From an uncultured Alphaproteobacteria bacterium (GTDB lineage Bacteria; Pseudomonadota; Alphaproteobacteria; HIMB59; GCA-002718135): a stretch of DNA of 64,000 nt. Positions 47,580-55,160 of the stretch are shown in pieces (the first letter of the stretch is position 1; each line of letters begins with the position of its first letter). The translations under genes and the position numbers were made by a program. Where the stretch lies: positions 81,038 to 145,037 of the forward strand of contig CABYHL010000001.1 in assembly GCA_902518895.1 (NCBI GenBank), written 5' to 3'. Below the pieces are notes generated by a model that worked only from the letters and a program-made list of their open reading frames with translations, did no database searches and was not told the DNA's origin.

Positions 47580-48236
47580 TTAAATTATTTTTCCATATGT
47601 TTTAAGCATCCATTCGTTTACTTTTGGATGCTTATACACTTCTTCTCTCAATTTATTTAATTTCTCATAGGGTTCTAATATGTTAGCTGGAACACCATCT
47701 AAAAGTCCTGAACTTAACCATCCAAGTAATCTCCAAATTGCTAAATCAGCAATAGAAATTTTGTTACCAACAAAGAAATTAGAATCTTTATTTTCTGAAA
47801 GTAAATTTTCAAGAAATTGAAACCATTTTGGTAAATGTTTTGTTGCTAATATTTTTCTCGCTAATTCTAATCGTTCCTTTTCTTTATCTCTACCAGAAAG
47901 AGTTACTAGATAGTTAATGTCTTGCGCCGCTTCAATAATTTGATCAATTTGTGCTGCTTCAAATTCATTATTTTTTGGATACAAACCAGATAACTTGCCA
48001 CAAAATCTTGCAATTGCTCCAGTTTGCGCAAATATTTTACCATCTACATCTAAAACTGGTAACTGCTTAAATGGTGCTATTAGCCCGTTGGGAAGTTTCC
48101 CATCTTTTTTTAGCTCTTCCGTATCTTGACTTTCAAAGCGATAATCTTTGAAAGGAATATCACCAATAAATAAGGCTAAACGCGCAACCTCAGCTCTCCA
48201 AAAAGGTATTTTAAAATAGTATAAGGTTATTTCCAT
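47580..48236 (-). CDS. Glutathione S-transferase, Sigma/Alpha-like (Tyr-type)
   Basis: ITLYYFKIPFWRAEVARLALFIG and FKQLPVLDVDGKIFAQTGAIARF closely parallel the sigma-class pattern YKLTYFNMRGRAE / FGKIPILEVDG..L.QS.AIARY. ATG 48236 preferred to TTG 48254. Confidence 0.75.
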   Translation of the reverse strand: MEITLYYFKIPFWRAEVARLALFIGDIPFKDYRFESQDTEELKKDGKLPNGLIAPFKQLPVLDVDGKIFAQTGAIARFCGKLSGLYPKNNEFEAAQIDQIIEAAQDINYLVTLSGRDKEKERLELARKILATKHLPKWFQFLENLLSENKDSNFFVGNKISIADLAIWRLLGWLSSGLLDGVPANILEPYEKLNKLREEVYKHPKVNEWMLKTYGKII

Positions 48237-48271
48237 ATTGATAAATTCATGCAATTATATGATACACACTT

Positions 48272-48670
48272 ATGATGAAAATAATAGATATTTCCATTAT
48301 TCTAGTAAACTTATTATTTTTTAGTTATTATTCTATTCAATTATTAATTTTTACTGATGAATTTGCTTTAAATAATTTAGGTTTTTTTAACCACGCTGTG
48401 GCTGGATTATCAGAAGTATTAGGAATAATTTTTTTTACTTTTGTTATTGGTTTTATCATTATTTTTTTTAAAGGGATAGAAAAGCAGTTACCATTTATTT
48501 TTTCAATTTTTATCTTACAACTTCTTGCTTCATTAAATTTTTGGAGATATGTCTTTACAGACAGCCCTGGAGAAACAAGCATTCATGTAATTACAATAAA
48601 TGCAATAATTTTTTCTCTAGTTAGTTTTCTTAGTTTAATAATGATAATTAATAATATAAGAAAATTGTGA
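48272..48670 (+). CDS. Hypothetical small membrane protein (about 4 hydrophobic spans)
   Basis: ORF with four long hydrophobic segments. No recognisable motif. Confidence 0.5.
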   Translation: MMKIIDISIILVNLLFFSYYSIQLLIFTDEFALNNLGFFNHAVAGLSEVLGIIFFTFVIGFIIIFFKGIEKQLPFIFSIFILQLLASLNFWRYVFTDSPGETSIHVITINAIIFSLVSFLSLIMIINNIRKL

Positions 48671-48723
48671 TTAAATTATTAAAATCAAAATATAATTATT
48701 AGATTGTTTAGGTATTAAATTAG

Positions 48724-49893
48724 ATGAATTCAAAAATATTAAGTGAAAAAATTCAAAATATTTTTGAAAAATATAAAATTCCATCATTATCTGTTATTAT
48801 TACAAATAAAGATCAGAATTTATATGAAAACTATTTAGGTTTTAAAAACTCTAAAAATAAAACTCCTTTTGATGAATTATCAATTGTTAGAATTGCATCT
48901 ATGACGAAGCCTATTACATCGCTATGTATTTTCCAATTAATTGAGCAGAATTTAATTAGTTTAGAAACAAATTTACAAGACATTGATAAGCGATTTTCTG
49001 ATGTAAAAATCATCAAAAAAACAGATAACAAAATTAATTACATAAAACCTAAATCAAATATAAAAATTAAGCACTTATTAAATCATACCTCAGGTTATGG
49101 ATACCAGTTCTTAAATCCTGAAATTAAATACTTAGTTGATAATAAATTATTACAAGATTTAAAAGATGATGGTGCGGATTTTCTAGATGCTCCAATTTTA
49201 TTTGAACCGGGAGAAAGATGGAATTACGGTATTGGAATAGACATATTAGGTTATATAATTGAAAAAATTTCGAACAAAAAATTAAACGAATATATGAAAG
49301 AAAATTTATTCAATAAACTAGGTATGAATAACACCACTTTTCATTTAGATAATACAAAATTTAAAGATCTTGCATATGTATATAATTACACTCAAGATCA
49401 AATTAAAATTGATCAAGAAAGAGCTGATGAGCAAGAAAATAAAATTAATAAAACCTTTCATGCTGGTGGTGGAGGATTACTGTCAACAACTCAAGATTAT
49501 GCTAAATTTATGAGATTATTTCTAAAAGAACACAATGAAATTATTTCTCAAGAATCAATAAACTTGATGAAAAGAAATCAAATAGGATCACTAGAAGTTA
49601 AAAGAATGCCTTCAGTCGATGCTGAGTTATCCGCTTCCTTAGACTATGATGATAATATTGAAAAGAAATTTGGTTATGGTTTTATGATTAATAATCAAAA
49701 AACAAATGAAGGTCGTCCAAAAGGTAGTATATTTTGGACAGGAATTTTTAATAGTTTTTTTTGGATTGATTTTGAAAATAAAATTGGATGTGCAATATTC
49801 ATGCAAATGCTCCCTTACTTAAATGAGATTTCCCTCAAAACCTATAATGAAATAGAAACAGCTATTTATCAAAATATTGACACAAAAAAATAA
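48724..49893 (+). CDS. Serine hydrolase of the beta-lactamase/esterase (class C-like) family
   Basis: SMTKP (SxxK nucleophile motif), downstream YGYQ/YGIG region, HAGGG segment. Confidence 0.75.
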   Translation: MNSKILSEKIQNIFEKYKIPSLSVIITNKDQNLYENYLGFKNSKNKTPFDELSIVRIASMTKPITSLCIFQLIEQNLISLETNLQDIDKRFSDVKIIKKTDNKINYIKPKSNIKIKHLLNHTSGYGYQFLNPEIKYLVDNKLLQDLKDDGADFLDAPILFEPGERWNYGIGIDILGYIIEKISNKKLNEYMKENLFNKLGMNNTTFHLDNTKFKDLAYVYNYTQDQIKIDQERADEQENKINKTFHAGGGGLLSTTQDYAKFMRLFLKEHNEIISQESINLMKRNQIGSLEVKRMPSVDAELSASLDYDDNIEKKFGYGFMINNQKTNEGRPKGSIFWTGIFNSFFWIDFENKIGCAIFMQMLPYLNEISLKTYNEIETAIYQNIDTKK

Positions 49894-50280
49894 TTAACAT
49901 TTATCATTAATCATTTCTTGTTTTCTCATTGGCATAGAATCAATAACTTCAAAAAGTCTTAACAATATTTTATCATCAGAGCTAAAATCTTTAATTCCCC
50001 CATCATAACCTATTAACCAAATACCTTTTTTACTTTCAATAAATTTTGGAGTCTCAAATTTCTCGTTTAAAAATTTTTCAAAATAAATAATATCTAATTT
50101 TCTATCATTAATTTTACAATTATTACTTATTATGAATTTTTTAGTTTGTATGAGTAATTCATCCTCTTTATTTTCATAAGATACGATCAGTAGTCTTTTT
50201 TGCCAATTAAGTTCTGAGATTTTTTTTGCCATTATTTCAAAATTTGTTATGATTAATAATAATAAAATTATATATTTCAT
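49894..50280 (-). CDS. DUF4174 domain-containing secreted protein
   Basis: Signal-like N-terminus, WQKRLLIV and LIGYDGGIK ... IDSMPMRKQEM, matching the DUF4174 pattern. Confidence 0.6.
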   Translation of the reverse strand: MKYIILLLLIITNFEIMAKKISELNWQKRLLIVSYENKEDELLIQTKKFIISNNCKINDRKLDIIYFEKFLNEKFETPKFIESKKGIWLIGYDGGIKDFSSDDKILLRLFEVIDSMPMRKQEMINDKC

Positions 50281-50285
50281 TATAA

Positions 50286-50360
50286 TGGTGCCACAGGGCA
50301 GAATCGAACTGCCGGCTTACTCATTACCAATGAGTTACTCTACCCCTGAGTTACTGCGGC
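50286..50360 (-). tRNA. tRNA-Thr: tRNA-Thr (anticodon GGT), CCA encoded
   Basis: Reverse complement folds as a cloverleaf: acceptor GCCGCAG/CTGTGGC, D arm ACTC/GAGT, anticodon stem ACTCA/TGAGT with loop TTGGTAA, T arm GGCAG-TTCGATT-CTGCC, 3' ACCA. 75 nt. Confidence 0.92.
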
Positions 50361-50511
50361 TTAAATTATCAATAACATAAAAACTTAATAAAGTCTTAAT
50401 TTACTTAAATTTTTTTTAATACTTTTTTAATGAAACATATTTTTAATAATTAAATAATATTGTTTAAAATTAATATTTAGTTTTTGGCTTTACTACCTAA
50501 AGATAATACCC

Positions 50512-51684
50512 ATGGATGATATGAAAGTTTACAATCGAGCTTTTATTTCAACTTGTATCGCCATTTCTATTCCTTTTTTTGTGTGGGGTAATACTATTTC
50601 GCATTTGCCTTGGATAGCTAGTAAAATTAATATGAGTCACTCAACTATTGGCTACTTTTTTATGATTTTTGCTATTATTAATTTATTAACATCTCAAGTT
50701 GTTGGAAGATACATTGCTCCAGTTATAGGTTCAAGAAATACACTAACCATAGGCGCGATAATATTTTCACCTTCACCATATTTCTTTGGTTTTTCAAATT
50801 CAGTACCATTTTTTTTACTATCTGCAATCCCATGTGGAATAGGAATTGGATTCCTGTGGTCAACTGCTACAGCCGTTACAAATCTAATAGAAGATAAGAC
50901 TAATAGAATTTTGCAAACTTATTTAAGCGCTTTTTTCAGTTTAGGTTTTCTATTTGGGGGTTTATGTTCTGGAATCATTCAAAGGTATCAATTTGATACG
51001 TATAATTTGTTTTCTCTCTTAATAATAATTGCGATTATTTCACCAATTTTTGTTTTTTATTTAGGTTTATCGAAAAGTAAGGATAATATCCAGAAAACTG
51101 AAAAATTTTCTATCCCTGAAAAAGATATTTTAATTTATGGATTATATCTATTCATTTTTTTTGGATCAATAGGTGCAATTTCTGATTGGTCTCCATTATG
51201 GTTTAAAAATGAACTGCTAACATCCAGCACTCTTGCAAGTTTAACAATAGTTGCATGGGGATCAGGTGAGACTATTGGTAAATTTCTTGGATCTTCTTTA
51301 ATAAAAAAAACTAATGAAAGAATAATTGGTGGTTATCTAAGTTTTTTTGGATGTTCAATTTATTTAATTATTGTATTTTTTGGTGATCCTTACTTAATTT
51401 TAATTGGGCTCTTTTTAATTGGTTTTTGTTCAGCAAATTTTGTTCCAGTCTTATTTAGACTTGGCCTTAAGAATACTAAAGAAAATGTTAACACTACTTC
51501 TGCTAACATATCTACAATAGGTTTCTTTGGTTTTTTAGTAGTTCCAGCTTTAATTGGCTACTCTGCTGAAATTAACAGCATTGGATTTAATGTAAAACTG
51601 ATAAGTGTAGTTTGGTTAGTTAATTTTATATTTTTTTTATACACTACAAGAGTTAATTTATCACAAGCGATTAAAAATACTTAG
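50512..51684 (+). CDS. MFS-type transporter
   Basis: About 12 hydrophobic spans and a motif-A-like VGRYIAPVIGSRN between the second and third spans. Confidence 0.65.
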   Translation: MDDMKVYNRAFISTCIAISIPFFVWGNTISHLPWIASKINMSHSTIGYFFMIFAIINLLTSQVVGRYIAPVIGSRNTLTIGAIIFSPSPYFFGFSNSVPFFLLSAIPCGIGIGFLWSTATAVTNLIEDKTNRILQTYLSAFFSLGFLFGGLCSGIIQRYQFDTYNLFSLLIIIAIISPIFVFYLGLSKSKDNIQKTEKFSIPEKDILIYGLYLFIFFGSIGAISDWSPLWFKNELLTSSTLASLTIVAWGSGETIGKFLGSSLIKKTNERIIGGYLSFFGCSIYLIIVFFGDPYLILIGLFLIGFCSANFVPVLFRLGLKNTKENVNTTSANISTIGFFGFLVVPALIGYSAEINSIGFNVKLISVVWLVNFIFFLYTTRVNLSQAIKNT

Positions 51685-51752
51685 ATTTTTAAGCTTAAAA
51701 AAATACTTTAAAATTTAAATAAAAAAATCTTAAACTTATAACACGTAAATTA

Positions 51753-51777
51753 GTTAGCAGATATTAAATCTGCTAAC
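51753..51777. terminator. Bidirectional hairpin between convergent genes
   Basis: GTTAGCAGAT-ATTAA-ATCTGCTAAC, a perfect 10-bp stem. Confidence 0.55.
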
Positions 51778-51784
51778 AATATTG

Positions 51785-52102
51785 TTAAATAATAGTTTCT
51801 GTTTTAGCTCCTGCAATTATTGAAGGTCCATCAATTACACCATGTTCTTTAGTAGTAAAGTTATCAAAGTTTTCATGAGTGGATAAAAATTCAAATATTG
51901 GACCATTTTTATATTTTTCCAGACTATCTTCATCTTTAAAAATATAAACACCTCCATAAACATTTTCATTTTCATCACCGATAAAGTACTTAGATATTAA
52001 ACCTTCTACTCCACGGAAATCCATAGCATCAATATGCGCTTGAGCCTTGAAATCATCAACACCCAAGTTTTTAAGATTAAAATTAATAATTAAAATTTTC
52101 AT
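51785..52102 (-). CDS. YdhR-like small ferredoxin-like-fold (dimeric alpha/beta barrel) protein
   Basis: ILIINFNLKNLGVDDFKAQ...GLISKYFIGDENENVYGGVYIFKDEDSLEKY parallels E. coli YdhR LLQLHFAFNGPFGD...[31 protein letters not shown]. ATG 52102 forms an ATGA overlap with the upstream stop. Confidence 0.6.
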   Translation of the reverse strand: MKILIINFNLKNLGVDDFKAQAHIDAMDFRGVEGLISKYFIGDENENVYGGVYIFKDEDSLEKYKNGPIFEFLSTHENFDNFTTKEHGVIDGPSIIAGAKTETII

Positions 52103-52716
52103 TCTTTCCATCCATTTTCAGCTAAAACTCTTCTAAGATTAAATCCATCCCAAATTGTTGAGCTTAGCATTTCCTGGTGATTGTCCCAAACTTTATCTCC
52201 ATTTAACTTATCTGATGCTTTTCCATAATCGGCCATGTTATTAAATCTAGCACCAAAGCCGTATTGACCAAAATCAGCACCGCTTAAAGTACCAACAGTG
52301 CATCCTGTTGATCCATTATCCATCCAATATTTAAAAAAAGCTTCTGATTCTTTTAAAACCAATTCTCTATTTGGATGAGAAAATTTCCAGATAGCAAAGC
52401 AGCTTTTAACACCATTGAATGTCATTTCATGCAATAAAGGTTCATAGAAATTCATTCTAACATGTTCACTCATTCCAAAATAAGCTTCCATCTCCGAACC
52501 AAATTCACTATCTGTACTCCAACTATCATCCATTTCACCAAAGTGTTGATAATTATTATATCCAATATCAATATTATATACTGATGTATCTGCACCTTGA
52601 TGTGTAGCTATTGAAGTTCCTATAGCGCCGTATTTTTCTGCATACTTTGAAACAATTTTGTAGCCTGACATTGCTCTGTCATTACTAATTTTATATTGCC
52701 AACTTCCTATAATCAT
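52099..52716 (-). CDS. Uncharacterised protein with internal two-fold repeat (paralogue A, 205 aa)
   Basis: The two halves share the pattern W.(Y/F)...G(A/S).G...GAD...(Y/F)NN(Y/M)..(F/Y)G...D. AAGGAGGT Shine-Dalgarno 4 nt before the ATG. Paralogous to 52731..53345. Confidence 0.6.
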   Translation of the reverse strand: MIIGSWQYKISNDRAMSGYKIVSKYAEKYGAIGTSIATHQGADTSVYNIDIGYNNYQHFGEMDDSWSTDSEFGSEMEAYFGMSEHVRMNFYEPLLHEMTFNGVKSCFAIWKFSHPNRELVLKESEAFFKYWMDNGSTGCTVGTLSGADFGQYGFGARFNNMADYGKASDKLNGDKVWDNHQEMLSSTIWDGFNLRRVLAENGWKE

Positions 52717-52730
52717 TTTTACCTCCTTTT

Positions 52731-53345
52731 TTAATAAATATTTCTTCTAATTACTCTGGCATTATAATTAAGATGAATATTTAAGTTTGCATAATAATCT
52801 TTGTGACTTGCCCAATAATCTGGAGAATTTTGGTTAGCATCCATGCACTTACCTAACTCTTGCATACTTTTAAATCTTGCAGCAAATAAATATTGATTAT
52901 TTCTATCACCAAACATTCTATGAATTGCAATTCCTGATGAACCATTTGACATGTAGTGTTTTTCATCAATTTCAAAACTTTTTTTTATAGCATCCACATC
53001 TGGATGACTAAAAACAAAATGTGCCCATACAGGCATTTCCTCAGTAGCACCTTTAATATTTCCAATCAATTCAGTTAAATAAACAGCTTCAACTAATTGA
53101 TTGTTTACAAAATTTGGTTGCATTTTTTGCCACCATTCTGGAGATGAAGCCCAAGCATCATCATTTTTTCCAAATGCTTCATAACTCTCAAATCCTGCTA
53201 CCATAGTGAATGTATTATCATCACCACCAATATTATGCGTTACATTAGTCATTCGAGCTCCACTTTCTTTAAACCAAGGTGAAACTTTATCAAAAATATC
53301 TACAGCATTTGCGTAGTCAGTTCTTATTTTCCAGGTTGCATACAT
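52731..53345 (-). CDS. Uncharacterised protein with internal two-fold repeat (paralogue B, 204 aa)
   Basis: Shares FSHP(D/N), NGS(S/T)G, ARF(K/N)(S/N)M and FG..DD(A/S)W with paralogue A. ATG 53345, preceded by AAGGAGGT, is preferred to the track's 53369. Confidence 0.6.
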   Translation of the reverse strand: MYATWKIRTDYANAVDIFDKVSPWFKESGARMTNVTHNIGGDDNTFTMVAGFESYEAFGKNDDAWASSPEWWQKMQPNFVNNQLVEAVYLTELIGNIKGATEEMPVWAHFVFSHPDVDAIKKSFEIDEKHYMSNGSSGIAIHRMFGDRNNQYLFAARFKSMQELGKCMDANQNSPDYWASHKDYYANLNIHLNYNARVIRRNIY

Positions 53346-53542
53346 ATTTACCTCCTTTGTTGATTGCAATAAGATGGTTATTATGAATTTATTACATAGA
53401 GATTAAAAATATTTTTATTTAATAATATTTTTAATGTATTTTTTTCCAAGAAAGTTCTAAAAAATAGAGAATTATTATGATTTTGTTATAAATTAAATTT
53501 AGAATGATTATAAAATAATATTTAATTTAAATTATATTTTAT

Positions 53543-54394
53543 ATGGATGTGAATAAAATTACACTAGGATACTGGAGTACAAAAGGACTTGGCTCTGCAT
53601 CAAGACAAATGATTATTTATGCCGGTGTTCCTCTAATAGCAAAAATTTATAAAGTACTTCCTAAAGAAGAAAATAATCAGATTATATATGAGGGAAGTTC
53701 ATGGCATGATAATGATAAAATTGATTTAAAGAAAAAAAATAGTTTAATTAATTTACCATACTTAAAATATTTTAAGGATGATAAAGAATTCATAATATCT
53801 CATTCCAATACCTGTCTAACTTTTTTGGGTAAAGAATTTGGTATGTTTGGTGAGACGCAAGAGGAAGAGATAGAGTGTGAGCAGTTACTGCAAGAAACTG
53901 TAGATTTAAGATCAATTGTAACAAGATTTGCTTACACTCATTTTAATTCTAAAGATGAAGAATTATTAGCAGCTAAAGAAGTTTACAATATAGCATTTGA
54001 AAATTCTAACTCTGGTAAACTTCAGAAATTCGAACACTGGCTCTCCTCAAAAGATAAAAGCAAAACTAAATTATTTTTAGTAGGTAATAAAATTTCTTCT
54101 CCAGACTTTAACCTTTTTGACACTTTAGATCTTTATTGTGAGTTTTTACTTTATTATAATTTTGTGGAAAATGCAGATAATAATAATGTTTTTGCTTTGC
54201 TGGAATATCCTCTGATTTCAGATTTTTTTAATAACTTTAAGCAACTTCCCAAAATGCAAAAATATTTTGAATCTGAATTATACAAACTTCCATTTACAAA
54301 TAAAGGAGCTAAATTTGGATCAGGTAAAAGTGGTATTACGTGGAACCCAAGTATTGATACTGATACAACACCGGATGAAATAATTGTTGAATAA
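53543..54394 (+). CDS. Glutathione S-transferase, Mu-class-like, enlarged (283 aa)
   Basis: TLGYWSTKGLGSASRQMIIY vs mammalian mu ILGYWDIRGLAHAIRLLLEY. INLPYL...FGETQEEEIECE vs FPNLPYL...CGETEEEKIRVD. FLVGNKISSPDFNLFDTLDL vs WFAGNKITFVDFLVYDVLDL. Confidence 0.7.
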   Translation: MDVNKITLGYWSTKGLGSASRQMIIYAGVPLIAKIYKVLPKEENNQIIYEGSSWHDNDKIDLKKKNSLINLPYLKYFKDDKEFIISHSNTCLTFLGKEFGMFGETQEEEIECEQLLQETVDLRSIVTRFAYTHFNSKDEELLAAKEVYNIAFENSNSGKLQKFEHWLSSKDKSKTKLFLVGNKISSPDFNLFDTLDLYCEFLLYYNFVENADNNNVFALLEYPLISDFFNNFKQLPKMQKYFESELYKLPFTNKGAKFGSGKSGITWNPSIDTDTTPDEIIVE

Positions 54395-54420
54395 ATATAT
54401 AATATTTATAAAGTAATTTT

Positions 54421-55026
54421 ATGGAAGAAGTAAATTTTTGGTTTTCAATAGGAAGTACTTATACTTATTTAACAGTCAATAGGTTGCATGAGGTCGCAGA
54501 AAAAGAAAACATTAAATTTAATTGGCATCCTTTTAGTGTAAGAAAAATTATGATGGATATGGACAACATTCCATTCACGCCACCAGCCAAAAAAATAAAA
54601 TCAGATTACATGTGGAGAGATATTGAAAGACGAGCAAAATTTTACGGTTTTGAAGCTAAGGTACCAGCACCATATCCATTAAAAGAATTTGATTTAGCAA
54701 ATCAAATTGCAATTCTTGGAATGAATGAAGGGTGGGGAGTTGATTATGTTTATAAAACATATCAAAGATGGTTTCAGCAAGGAAAAGAACCAGCTACACA
54801 GCCAAACTTAAACGAAATATTTAAAGAGCTAAACTTAGATCCAGAAGAAACTATAAAGAAAGCTAATGAGAAGGAAATAAAGGATAAATATCTAAGCAAT
54901 ACTGAATATGCCTACAAAAAAGGAGTTTTTGGGAGTCCTTCCTTTATATATCAAGGTAAGGAAGTATTTTGGGGAGATGATAGACTTGAAGATTGTATTA
55001 AATGGATTAGGTTACAAGGTAAGTAA
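54421..55026 (+). CDS. DsbA-like 2-hydroxychromene-2-carboxylate isomerase family protein (GST kappa homologue)
   Basis: VNFWFSIGSTYTYL N-terminus and C-terminal GVFGSPSFIYQGKEVFWGDDRLE, typical of the HCCA isomerase/kappa-GST family. Confidence 0.72.
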   Translation: MEEVNFWFSIGSTYTYLTVNRLHEVAEKENIKFNWHPFSVRKIMMDMDNIPFTPPAKKIKSDYMWRDIERRAKFYGFEAKVPAPYPLKEFDLANQIAILGMNEGWGVDYVYKTYQRWFQQGKEPATQPNLNEIFKELNLDPEETIKKANEKEIKDKYLSNTEYAYKKGVFGSPSFIYQGKEVFWGDDRLEDCIKWIRLQGK

Positions 55027-55032
55027 ATTAAT

Positions 55033-55149
55033 ATGAAGTTTCTAAATTTTATTTTTCCAAAAGGTCAATGGTCATTAACTAGAGTGGCAATACTATTTAT
55101 AATATTTATGATCCTTGATTTTATTGTTGTTTATTACAAAATTATATAA
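55033..55149 (+). CDS. Candidate 38-aa single-span membrane micro-protein
   Basis: ATG ORF below the track's length cut-off: MKFLNFIFPKGQWSLTRVAILFIIFMILDFIVVYYKII. Fills an otherwise empty 134-nt spacer. No clear Shine-Dalgarno. Confidence 0.25.
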   Translation: MKFLNFIFPKGQWSLTRVAILFIIFMILDFIVVYYKII

Positions 55150-55160
55150 GACTTAAATTA

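Noticed and set aside
50286-50360. tRNA-Thr as an integration site of a mobile genomic island
   Set aside because: There is no integrase, transposase or phage gene on either side, and I could not find a direct repeat of the tRNA 3' half nearby. It is retained only as a low-confidence contextual remark.
53543-54394. Possibility that the mu-like GST is eukaryotic contamination or an assembly chimera
   Set aside because: The gene has the same extreme AT-richness and K/N/I-rich protein composition as its neighbours. It is uninterrupted and is flanked at short distance by typical bacterial genes on both sides.
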